The notes under the pieces were generated by a model. It did no database searches, was not told where the DNA came from, and worked only from the letters and a program-made list of their open reading frames with translations. Shown here in pieces: positions 31,379 to 39,827 of a stretch of DNA of 64,000 nt; position 1 is the stretch's first letter; each line of letters starts with the position of its first letter. The DNA lies in the NCBI GenBank assembly GCA_965223325.1, contig CBDCWI010000002.1, forward strand, positions 3,392,001 through 3,456,000. Direction: 5' to 3'. A program made the translations under genes and the position numbers. This DNA is from Candidatus Multivoradales bacterium (lineage in GTDB: Bacteria; Acidobacteriota; Thermoanaerobaculia; Multivoradales; Multivoraceae).

Positions 31379-34300
31379 ATGAAGCGACACGGCGAAGGCG
31401 GCAAACACAAGTTCACCGCATGGCAAGGTGCAGTGCTTCTTGTCTTGACGCTCAGCCTCTCGACGATGCCAGCTGCGGCCGACGACCGCGACCTCGTCCG
31501 GTCCTCGGGGGGAACACCATGGGTCTACCTGCTGCTCGACAGTTCGGGATCGATGGACGAACACGCCGACCCGGCCCACAAAGTCTACTGGTACGAAGAC
31601 TCTCCGACCTCCAAGGCCTACCTCGCCAAGAAGACGATCTACGAAATCGTCGAGGACCTCGACGACAGTGTCAAGATCGGGTTCAACACTTTCGGCCAGA
31701 AGAACATCCGCGCCTGGCAGAAGTCCTGGGGCTATGTCGCCGACATGACCGAGGCAGAACGCAAGGCGCTCCCATGGTGGTCCTATCTCGAGTGGCCCAC
31801 GCACTGGACCATCAACGGCGGAGACCGGCGCGAGAGTGACACCTACGATTCGTGCGACAACCCGACGCCCCCAAACGGAGGAGGCAGCGGCGGCCCCGGG
31901 CGCGTGGTCGAGCGGTACGGCTTCTGGGATTTCGTTTCCGGCCTCGACAGCGCCAACAAGTGGTCACCAGCTGGTACCGAAATCACCAAAGTGGCGGTAA
32001 GGAACTACTCCTTCGCGACGACCTATCTCGTCACCTTCCATCCACCAGGCGATCATCTCGACAACGTGATGGCCTGGGAAGGCAAGGTCGAGGTGATGAA
32101 CTGCAACACGCTCGTTACTGACGTGGCGACGATCAAGTACAAGCCTGCCTTCGCGACCGACCTCGACGGCACACCTCTTCCCAGTACGGCTTATGTCTCA
32201 TCGATGAGTTCCGAAGACGAAGACGACCCCGACGACGACCCGAATTGCCAGAGTGGCTGGCGCGAAAACGACGAAGAGCAAACCAAGCCGGGCGCCCTCG
32301 GCTATCCCGTCTTCCCGGACCCGGCCGGCCGCAGCGACATCTTCGATCGTGGTCACAACCTACCGTGGGACTGGAAATCGTTCCCGGACACGACGCCTGG
32401 ATACAAGTACAGCAACCGGCAGGAGCTCATGCGGCGCTTGGCCCCCAACGTGTTCGCCAGCGGAACCTACGATCCGTCTGTACAACCGGACTTCAGAATC
32501 GGGCCGTACCTCGAGGACTACGTCAACGACTACTACCACGTTGAAAAGCCCGGGGTCGCCGAAACACCTCCTTTTGGGTTCACCACCCTGACTCCGCTGG
32601 GCAGGTCGCTGACCAGGTTCAAAGACTGGCACGCGCAGTGGAAGACGGCCGCAGACCTCGACCTCGGCGCGGGCGCCTTCGATTGCTCCCCGCGCTACGC
32701 CATCCTGGTCACCGACGGCGTGGACACCTGTGAAAACGACGACCCGGCCGAGGTCGCCGCTGACCTGCTCGATGCGGGAGTGCGCACCTTCGTCATCGGC
32801 TACGGGGACATCGAAGACGAAAACAACTCCCTCCAAGCGATCGCCGATGCCGGCGGGACTGGCAAAGGCGACACGCTGCAGCCCGGCATCGAGGACTGCA
32901 CCCACTTCAGCTACACGGTGCCAGATCCTTCCGACCCCGCCAAGGTGATCACCGGCGACGTCTGCGACGTTGTCGCACGCGACACCGAAGCGCTCAAGAA
33001 CTCGCTCGAAGCGATCCTCAAGACCCTGTCATCGTCGCGCTCGAGCTTCGCCGGCGCCGCGACCCCGAGCGGGCAGGTCGAGGCGGAAGACGTGATCTAT
33101 ATCCCGAGCTTCCTGCCTATTGCCGACCGGGCCGAGTGGAAAGGCTCGCTGGCGATGTTTCGGCGGCCACTGCCGTTCACCAACGACACTCCGCCCGTCC
33201 CCGACTTCTCGGAGGTCTGCATCGACGACCCGATGGCTGACCCGCCGACGGCCTGCCTGGCGTGGGATGCCGCCGAGTCGATGAAAGGTCAGGCCGCGTC
33301 TGCGACCGACATCGCGGGTGGCGACTTCCGCATCGGCTATGACGAAAGCCAGCGACGGGTCCTGTGGAACCGATCTCAAGACATGATCTACCGCACACCC
33401 CGCCAGCTGGCACTGCTCGAACCCACGCAAGACAACGAACCGTTCCCGCTTCTTGCGCGCTACAAACTGTGGTCGGCTCTCGGGCTCACGCACAACCCGT
33501 TCGACACGAGCGACGATGCCCCGACTGATGCGACGGCACGCGAGATTCTCGGCAACGTTCTCGTGACCAAAACCGGGACCGACTCGACCGGCGGAACGCA
33601 CGAGTTCATCCTCGGCGACATCTTTCACTCGCAGCCGCTCCACGTCGGTCCGCCAACGCGCTACGACTACATGAGCGCCAACCTCTACGGCTCGGGTGAC
33701 TGCTGGAACGGCACCACCTTCAACAGCTCCAACAAGGGCTACCGTTGCTACTGGATGCGCAACAAGTGGCGCCGCCATGTCGCCTTCGTGGGCTCGAACG
33801 ACGGTCAGCTGCATGCATTCGATGCCGGTCGCGTGCGTCACAACAACGCCGATAGCGAATTCGATCCACACATGACCACGGGTACTGGCAAGGAGCTCTT
33901 TGCCTTCGTGCCCACCGAGATCATGAGGAAGTACGAGGATCGCTACGACGGCGTGCTCGAACACCAGTGGGGCGTCGACGGCAACCTGGTGCAAGACGAC
34001 GTCTTCGTCGTCCCGAGCTGGAATGGCATGACGGCCATCAACCCCAACAACCGCGAATGGCGCACTCTCGTCATCGGCAGTATGAGGCGCGGCGGCCGCG
34101 GCTACTTCGCCCTCGACGTGACTACGCCTGATCCGGTGACCCCAGATGCCACCACCGGAGAGGTGCTGCCCCCCGACGTGGCCACGCAGGGATACGTGCC
34201 CGGCTGCCTCGAGAACCAGCCTTCCGGCTGTGACTCACTGCCCTATCCCGCCCTGCGCTGGGAATTCAGAGACCACGCTGCCGGCGGCGGACCCGCGGAC

Positions 34301-35413
34301 TCCGACGGCAACGGCCACCGGGATCTCGGCTACTCCTGGTCGACTCCGGTCACCGGTCGCGTCCATCTTGGAACCGACGGGTCGGGCAACGAGATCTACC
34401 GTTTTGTCGCCATCTTCGGTGGCGGAATGGACGAGAACAACGCCGGGGTCGGCAACTTCATCTACATGGTCGATATCGAGACCGGCAAGGTGCTCTACAA
34501 GGAGGCCGTCACTGCAGCCGTACCCAGCAAGGTCGCAGCGGTCGACGTCAATCGCGATGCGGTGCTCGACCTGGTCTACTTCGGCGACGTCGACGGACAC
34601 CTCTACAAGATCGACATGACCGAAGATGCCACCCTGGATGCCGACGGAAAGATCAACGACGTCGACTGGAAGCCGTTCGAGATCTTCGACGCTGAGGGGC
34701 GCCCCTTCTACCACCCGCCGACCTTGATCTGGTCTGCCCAGAACAATTCGCACGCCGTCGCCATCGGCAGCGGCAACCGCGAGGACCTCTGGGCGCCGGC
34801 CACGGCCACTCAAGCGTTGTTCGTCTTCATGGATCCGGGCTGGGACAACTCCCTGGCCGCGCCCTTCAAGCAGGCAGACCTCCACCTCCTCGGTACCGAT
34901 CCCGAGACTGACGCCATCCTCACCGAGCCGCCAGGCCTGGCTACCCTCTCGGGCTACGCCCTCGAGTTCGCCAGCAACGAGCGCATGATCTCCCAGGTCT
35001 TCGCACTCTCGGGCTTTCTCACCTTCACAACCTACAACCCCAAGGTGACGGTTTCGAACGTGACAGGCTGCGGAGCGAGCGGCACCAGTAACCTCTACAC
35101 GATCCGTGCGACCAACGGGAACCCCCTGGTCACCGGGAGCGAGCGCTATCGGTCGGTCAGCGGCTACGTATCGAACCCGTTCTCGGCTCCGAGCCCGTCG
35201 AACGGACCAACCAACGGTACGACGCCTGACGGTACGACCAACCCACCTGAGAACTTCGACGACGTCATCGACTATCTCAAGTCGCAGATGCCCGAGAACT
35301 GCCGATTCACCAACAAGCGGATCGATATCAAGGCAGTCCGGTCGGACACCGGCATGGAGTGGCTCGCGCCCGTACCCGTCTGCGTGCGCAGGAGCAACTG
35401 GAAACAGTTCTAG
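31379..35413 (+). CDS. PilY1/PilC-like adhesin with vWA domain (paralog 3, tandem duplicate of paralog 2)
   Basis: Same motifs as paralog 2; the 3' 1.8 kb is colinear at offset 4137 and nearly identical. Confidence 0.85.
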   Translation: MKRHGEGGKHKFTAWQGAVLLVLTLSLSTMPAAADDRDLVRSSGGTPWVYLLLDSSGSMDEHADPAHKVYWYEDSPTSKAYLAKKTIYEIVEDLDDSVKIGFNTFGQKNIRAWQKSWGYVADMTEAERKALPWWSYLEWPTHWTINGGDRRESDTYDSCDNPTPPNGGGSGGPGRVVERYGFWDFVSGLDSANKWSPAGTEITKVAVRNYSFATTYLVTFHPPGDHLDNVMAWEGKVEVMNCNTLVTDVATIKYKPAFATDLDGTPLPSTAYVSSMSSEDEDDPDDDPNCQSGWRENDEEQTKPGALGYPVFPDPAGRSDIFDRGHNLPWDWKSFPDTTPGYKYSNRQELMRRLAPNVFASGTYDPSVQPDFRIGPYLEDYVNDYYHVEKPGVAETPPFGFTTLTPLGRSLTRFKDWHAQWKTAADLDLGAGAFDCSPRYAILVTDGVDTCENDDPAEVAADLLDAGVRTFVIGYGDIEDENNSLQAIADAGGTGKGDTLQPGIEDCTHFSYTVPDPSDPAKVITGDVCDVVARDTEALKNSLEAILKTLSSSRSSFAGAATPSGQVEAEDVIYIPSFLPIADRAEWKGSLAMFRRPLPFTNDTPPVPDFSEVCIDDPMADPPTACLAWDAAESMKGQAASATDIAGGDFRIGYDESQRRVLWNRSQDMIYRTPRQLALLEPTQDNEPFPLLARYKLWSALGLTHNPFDTSDDAPTDATAREILGNVLVTKTGTDSTGGTHEFILGDIFHSQPLHVGPPTRYDYMSANLYGSGDCWNGTTFNSSNKGYRCYWMRNKWRRHVAFVGSNDGQLHAFDAGRVRHNNADSEFDPHMTTGTGKELFAFVPTEIMRKYEDRYDGVLEHQWGVDGNLVQDDVFVVPSWNGMTAINPNNREWRTLVIGSMRRGGRGYFALDVTTPDPVTPDATTGEVLPPDVATQGYVPGCLENQPSGCDSLPYPALRWEFRDHAAGGGPADSDGNGHRDLGYSWSTPVTGRVHLGTDGSGNEIYRFVAIFGGGMDENNAGVGNFIYMVDIETGKVLYKEAVTAAVPSKVAAVDVNRDAVLDLVYFGDVDGHLYKIDMTEDATLDADGKINDVDWKPFEIFDAEGRPFYHPPTLIWSAQNNSHAVAIGSGNREDLWAPATATQALFVFMDPGWDNSLAAPFKQADLHLLGTDPETDAILTEPPGLATLSGYALEFASNERMISQVFALSGFLTFTTYNPKVTVSNVTGCGASGTSNLYTIRATNGNPLVTGSERYRSVSGYVSNPFSAPSPSNGPTNGTTPDGTTNPPENFDDVIDYLKSQMPENCRFTNKRIDIKAVRSDTGMEWLAPVPVCVRRSNWKQF

Positions 35414-35523
35414 CAGTCCCGTGGTCTTGCGGCCTCTCACCAGGGTCTTGACACTGGTGGGAGGCGGTGCTGCTGGACTGGCGATCGCGTGACATCGCTG
35501 CGTCGTTACCACGGGACTGCTAG
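35410..35523. mobile_element. Putative MITE with 16-bp terminal inverted repeats bounded by CTAG
   Basis: CTAGCAGTCCCGTGGT (35410-35425) and its exact reverse complement ACCACGGGACTGCTAG (35508-35523). The left CTAG overlaps the adhesin TAG stop. Confidence 0.55.
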
Positions 35524-35990
35524 AGGTCACTCTAGCCGCGCAAGCGATTCGAAACGCGAGCCGCATCCCAACGTGCGCTAAATCACCGAAGCTCCCATGC
35601 ACTTCATGGATCCGTCGCGCGCGGCGGATTCCGGGCTCCGATGAAGACGCTCCTACAGAGAGCCACCGGCTGCTCTGGCCAGTGGTCTTGCGGCCTCTCA
35701 CCAGGGTCTTGACACTGGTGGGAGGCGGTGCTGCTGGACTGGCGATCGCGTGACATCGCTGCGTCGTTACCACGGGACTGCTAGAGGTCACTCTAGCCGC
35801 GCAAGCGATTCGAAACGCGAGCCGCATCCCAACGTGCGCTAAATCACCGAAGCTCCCATGCACTTCATGGATCCGTCGCGCGCGGCGGATTCCGGGCTCC
35901 GACGAAGACGCTCCTACAGAGAGCCACCGGCTGCTCTGGCCAGTGGTCTTGCGGCCTCTCACCTGGGTCTTGACACAGGAGGCGAAAGGC
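35421..35990. repeat. 261-bp direct repeat, two full copies plus a partial third
   Basis: GTGGTCTTGCGGCCTCTCACC starts at 35421, 35682 and 35943; the first two units are nearly identical. Confidence 0.92.
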
Positions 35991-36151
35991 GATGCTGCAC
36001 GCGCTCGTACCCGGCCGCCAGGGCCTCGAAGCCGGCGCATCGCGGAAGACCACCGATCCCGTCGAAAAGAATCTGTTACTGCGCGCGACATCCCCCTTAG
36101 GAAGGAGAAAGAACAGCCCCCGGCTCCTAACCTCCTAAGGACGGACTCGAC

Positions 36152-37063
36152 ATGTCACAGCGACCACCCTCGGCAGCCCAACCCTTCATTCGCCGCATCG
36201 AGCTGGACCGGCCAGCCGTCAGCCGGCGAACAACTCCCGCGGTGCATTCGCGACTGACGAGGCTGGCCACTGCGGTCGGGGCGGTCCTGGTTGCAATCGC
36301 CTCGGCACTTTCGGCACAGGCATCGTCGCTGCCGGCCGCACCCTGGGCGGCAGAAAGGGCTGCCATCGAAGACTGCCTGGAGCGCGGTGTGGTCACCGAG
36401 CGCAGCAAGATCTCCGTTGGGATCACCAAGCCCGAAAAGGTCACTCTGGACTGCGGCGACCGAACCATAGGGGCGATCTGGAAGGCTCTGCAGCCGGGCT
36501 ACCAGCATGGGTGGTGGGAAGACTACCGCTCCGAGGTCGCGGCCTACCGAATCGACGTGCTGCTAGGGCTGGACATGGTTCCGCCCACCGTCGCGCGGTT
36601 GCTCGGACCCCGGCGCGGCTCACTGCAACTGTGGGTCGAAGGCTTCTCGATGTTCGGAGACGACCCGGATTCAACGCGCATTCCGCAAGAGCTCTGGGAC
36701 CGCATCAAGGTCTTCGACTTCTTGATGAGCAACCCCGATCGCAATCAAGGCAACATTCTGATTGCGCAAGACGGGCGCGTCGCCCTCATCGATCACTCGC
36801 GCGCCGCCATCTTCCGGGGTGGCTCGTTGAGCAAAGCGACCTGGACACCGAAACGCTGCGACGATGCCCTCCGGCAGCGTGTCTCGAAGCTGAACCGAAG
36901 CCTGCTGCAGGATGCACTTGGCGATATCGTCGGCAAGCGTGCGATCAAGCCCATCGTCTTGCGCCTTGGTCGGCTCGCTGAGGTCATCGACCAACAGTCC
37001 GACAACGAGCAGCCCGAGTTCTCACCAGACAGTGACGACCCGGCGCCTCACGCAAACCGATAG
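36152..37063 (+). CDS. Atypical PI3/4-kinase-like protein with N-terminal signal/TM segment
   Basis: EVAAYRID.LLGL.MVPPTV, GSLQLWV, FDFLMSNPDRNQGNIL (catalytic DRxxGN), LIDHS. Confidence 0.7.
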   Translation: MSQRPPSAAQPFIRRIELDRPAVSRRTTPAVHSRLTRLATAVGAVLVAIASALSAQASSLPAAPWAAERAAIEDCLERGVVTERSKISVGITKPEKVTLDCGDRTIGAIWKALQPGYQHGWWEDYRSEVAAYRIDVLLGLDMVPPTVARLLGPRRGSLQLWVEGFSMFGDDPDSTRIPQELWDRIKVFDFLMSNPDRNQGNILIAQDGRVALIDHSRAAIFRGGSLSKATWTPKRCDDALRQRVSKLNRSLLQDALGDIVGKRAIKPIVLRLGRLAEVIDQQSDNEQPEFSPDSDDPAPHANR

Positions 37064-37812
37064 CGCGTCAACACATAGCGCACGTCCTCGTCGAGAGCGT
37101 CTGCATCGAGGTCAGACTTCCAGATCGGCGAGCACGCCTGGTTGCGAGAGGCGAGTTCGGCGGCAAGCTCCTCCCGGAAACGCTTGCGCAATCGCGAAAC
37201 CGACATCTTGAGCGCGGCTGGAGTGGTTTCGAGCGACGCCGCAACCTCGCCGTAGTCGGGCGGCGGGTCATCGAGCAGAAACTGCAACTCGGCCTCGAGC
37301 CGGGCGTACTTCAGTGCCTGGCGCTCTCCGACCCTGGCTGCCTGCTCCTGAAGCAGCTTCGTGATGGTGCGTTCGACGACATCGCGCGCGAAGCTCGCCT
37401 CGAAGGCCTCCTGGGGCGAAGGGGCGCCCGACGCGAGAGCAAACAACTCGCTCGATGCCGATGACACTTCGTCATCAAGACGGGCAAACCCGCCGCTGGG
37501 CGTGCGCTTGCGGGCAGAAAGCCGGTCGCGCTCATCGGCCAGAAAATTGCGCGCCGAAGCCAACAGGAAGTTCCTGAATCGACCGCGCGTCGGATCAGCC
37601 TTCGCCGCGAGATCTGCCTCGACGAAACGCGTGAAGAACGCCTGCGTCAGGTCCTCGGCATCGTCCCTCGACACACCGGAGCGACAGAAGAAGGAGAACA
37701 CGGGGCGCCAGTAGCACTGGCACAGCTCCTCGAGCGCACTCGCATCTCCCCGCCTCTGGTCGCGCGCAGCGCGTCCGATCATCGACCAGTTCGTCTTGAG
37801 GAAGTCCGACAT
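37048..37812 (-). CDS. ECF sigma-70 factor (TxWS/YW.P type)
   Basis: TNWS, ALEELC..YWRPV, DAEDLTQAFF, RGRFRNFL; region 4 YGEVAASL...VSRLRKR. Confidence 0.85.
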   Translation of the reverse strand: MSDFLKTNWSMIGRAARDQRRGDASALEELCQCYWRPVFSFFCRSGVSRDDAEDLTQAFFTRFVEADLAAKADPTRGRFRNFLLASARNFLADERDRLSARKRTPSGGFARLDDEVSSASSELFALASGAPSPQEAFEASFARDVVERTITKLLQEQAARVGERQALKYARLEAELQFLLDDPPPDYGEVAASLETTPAALKMSVSRLRKRFREELAAELASRNQACSPIWKSDLDADALDEDVRYVLTRYRFA

Positions 37813-37831
37813 GAGCGATTGGACCTGTCGC

Positions 37832-38389
37832 TCAGCCGGCTCGTTCGTAGGCCTTCTTCAGCCACCCGACGAGTTCGGCATCGACACCGTTCGTGTCTTC
37901 AATGCTGACCTGATGGCTCGTCATGCTGGCGGCCTTGCACTCGACCAGCCGTTCGGTCGCTGGTTCACCTTTGAGCTGGATTCCTACGTCGACGCGCGTT
38001 TTGGTAGCCGGCTTGATGAGTGCAAACTGCTTCTCGCGCCGTAGACTGACGTAGGTCTTCTTCGGGGAGATTTCGACGTCTTTCCCGAACTTCCTGGCTG
38101 CAGCCTCGAGCTTCTCGTAGATCGGCAGGAGACTCTGCTTCTTCTCGTACTGCGCCCGAACCAGATCCGAGGCATCGGCGTGTTCAGCCGAAGACGCTCG
38201 TACTTCGTGGGCGATCAGATTGGCGAAACCATGGGTCACTCCGTGCTCCTTCTTCAAGAAGCCAACGATCTGCCCGTGCTTTTCGAACGACTGCTTGGCC
38301 AGCACCTTCTTCCAGCCGTCAAGCGTCTTGCCGGTCTTCTCCTCCAAGTTGGCCAACATCTTCTGGGCCATCTCTTGCGGCGTTGCCAT
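37832..38389 (-). CDS. DUF4287/DUF5655 domain protein
   Basis: NLEEKTGK..W, KHG.IV.FLK.EHG.THG.AN, PKKTYVSLRR.KQFA, WLKKAY. Confidence 0.8.
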   Translation of the reverse strand: MATPQEMAQKMLANLEEKTGKTLDGWKKVLAKQSFEKHGQIVGFLKKEHGVTHGFANLIAHEVRASSAEHADASDLVRAQYEKKQSLLPIYEKLEAAARKFGKDVEISPKKTYVSLRREKQFALIKPATKTRVDVGIQLKGEPATERLVECKAASMTSHQVSIEDTNGVDAELVGWLKKAYERAG

Positions 38390-38451
38390 CTTCCGTTCTC
38401 CTCCGAAGTCAGATCGTTGAGCGTAGCGCGGGCTGGTGAGAGCTGGTCGTC

Positions 38452-39030
38452 CTACGGAGTCGCCTTCTCCTGGCTGGCTTTGATCACGAAGCCGAGCGCC
38501 ACCTGTTTGCGCTCCCAGTGAAGAACGATCTCCCCCCGATAGGGCGGCCAATCAGAAAAGTCGTCGATCGAGTAGCGCAGGCGTTCGCGAAACGGCGCCT
38601 CCCGGGGTTCAACAGTGACCCGCACAACGTCCTCGGCGGCAACGAACTCATTGGGGCTGCCAACCGCGCTCTCGTTGAGCACCATCTGCCAGGCGGTGTC
38701 GCCCTCCGGAAAGATGTAGAAGCCGTAGCTGCCGGCAGGAACTAACGTTCCTGCAATCACCACGTCTTCAGAGAAGGTGATCGTCGTCTTGTCGTTGGCA
38801 CCGGCACGCCAGTTCTGGTTGTAGGGAACGAGCTCTCCCCAGATTTCGCGCTCCTTGACACCGGGACTGAACCAGCTGATCGTTATGGGCTGGGTGCCGA
38901 CGACCTGGGTGAGGGTCGCATGCGGGCTCTCGAGCGGCTCGTCGACCTGTGCCCTCGCTCGACCGGGCGGAATCGCCAGGCCGAGTAGGAACAGTCCAAT
39001 CGCAACAGTCGCTTTCGAGGTGATCGTCAT
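38452..39030 (-). CDS. DUF2911 domain exported protein
   Basis: SP.ATL.Q.VG, PGVK.R.IWG.LVPY...WRAGAN..T.ITF, PAGSY. Confidence 0.85.
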   Translation of the reverse strand: MTITSKATVAIGLFLLGLAIPPGRARAQVDEPLESPHATLTQVVGTQPITISWFSPGVKEREIWGELVPYNQNWRAGANDKTTITFSEDVVIAGTLVPAGSYGFYIFPEGDTAWQMVLNESAVGSPNEFVAAEDVVRVTVEPREAPFRERLRYSIDDFSDWPPYRGEIVLHWERKQVALGFVIKASQEKATP

Positions 39031-39157
39031 CGCGCGTGGGTCCCTTGCCGGGGAATCGTAGAGAACGAAGGGGTGAACCGAAACCCAGCCTACCCGCCCC
39101 GGTGTCATCAGGGTAGACTCAGCCAGAACAACGCGACGACGCCTTTTGCTCGAGAAC

Positions 39158-39667
39158 ATGATCTGCCGAAGCCTCCTGCTTGCAGCCGCCGCGGCCCTGA
39201 CCGCCAGCGCTGCGATGGCAGCTCTCGAGGTCGGCGACGTCGCTCCCGACTTCACCCTCGAGGGTACCGATGGCGAGAAGGTCACACTCTCGGCGTTGAT
39301 TGGCGAAAAGAACGTCCTCCTGGCCTTCTTTCCCAAAGCCTTCACCGGTGGCTGAACGATCGAGATGAAGCGATACCAGTCTGGTATCTCCGACTTCACC
39401 GAGAGTGACTCGCTGGTCTTCGGGATCAGCACCGATGCCCTGGAAGAGAACACGCGTTTTGCCGAATCGCTCGATCTGGACTTCGTCCTGCTCAGTGATG
39501 AAGACGGCACGGTGGCAAACGAGTACGGCGTGTTGATGGAAGGGCGCACGATGGCCAAGCGCACGACCTTTGTCATCGACAAGGAAGGCAAGATCGCCTA
39601 CGTGGCTGAGGGGCGCGAAGCCATGGACCCAACGGCTGCCGCCTCGGCCTGCGCCAAACTCAACTGA
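39158..39667 (+). CDS. Exported peroxiredoxin (AhpC/TSA, BCP-like), probable selenoprotein
   Basis: Track ORFs 39146-39355 and 39365-39667 are in one frame. TGA 39353-39355 sits in [13 protein letters not shown], the PxxxTxxC active site, and a hairpin follows at 39372-39388. Confidence 0.85.
39372..39388 (+). promoter_or_regulatory. Candidate bacterial SECIS hairpin
   Basis: GATACCA-GTC-TGGTATC perfect stem with a G-containing loop, 16 nt after the UGA. Confidence 0.55.
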
Positions 39668-39827
39668 GTTCAGCACGAGAGCACTTCTGGCGCTGCCGCG
39701 CCTCCCGCTTCCTCGTGATTCGCGGTAGGTTGACGCATCCCAGCTCAGCTCAGATACGGCGTGGACGCTCCGTTGGTAGGCGGAGTTCTGCTTCGCGTAG
39801 AAACGAACTTCGAGGAGACTGAAACCC

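Noticed and set aside
27185-35413. Diversity-generating retroelement or shufflon acting on the adhesins
   Set aside because: No reverse transcriptase or invertase in the window; differences between the copies are not adenine-specific, and both copies are full genes in direct orientation.
35448-35480. Sigma70 promoter from TTGACA in the 261-bp repeat
   Set aside because: No -10 hexamer at 16-18 nt spacing.
15416-36100. Integrase-mobilised island or prophage at tRNA-Glu
   Set aside because: No integrase or phage genes, and I saw no distal copy of the tRNA 3' end.
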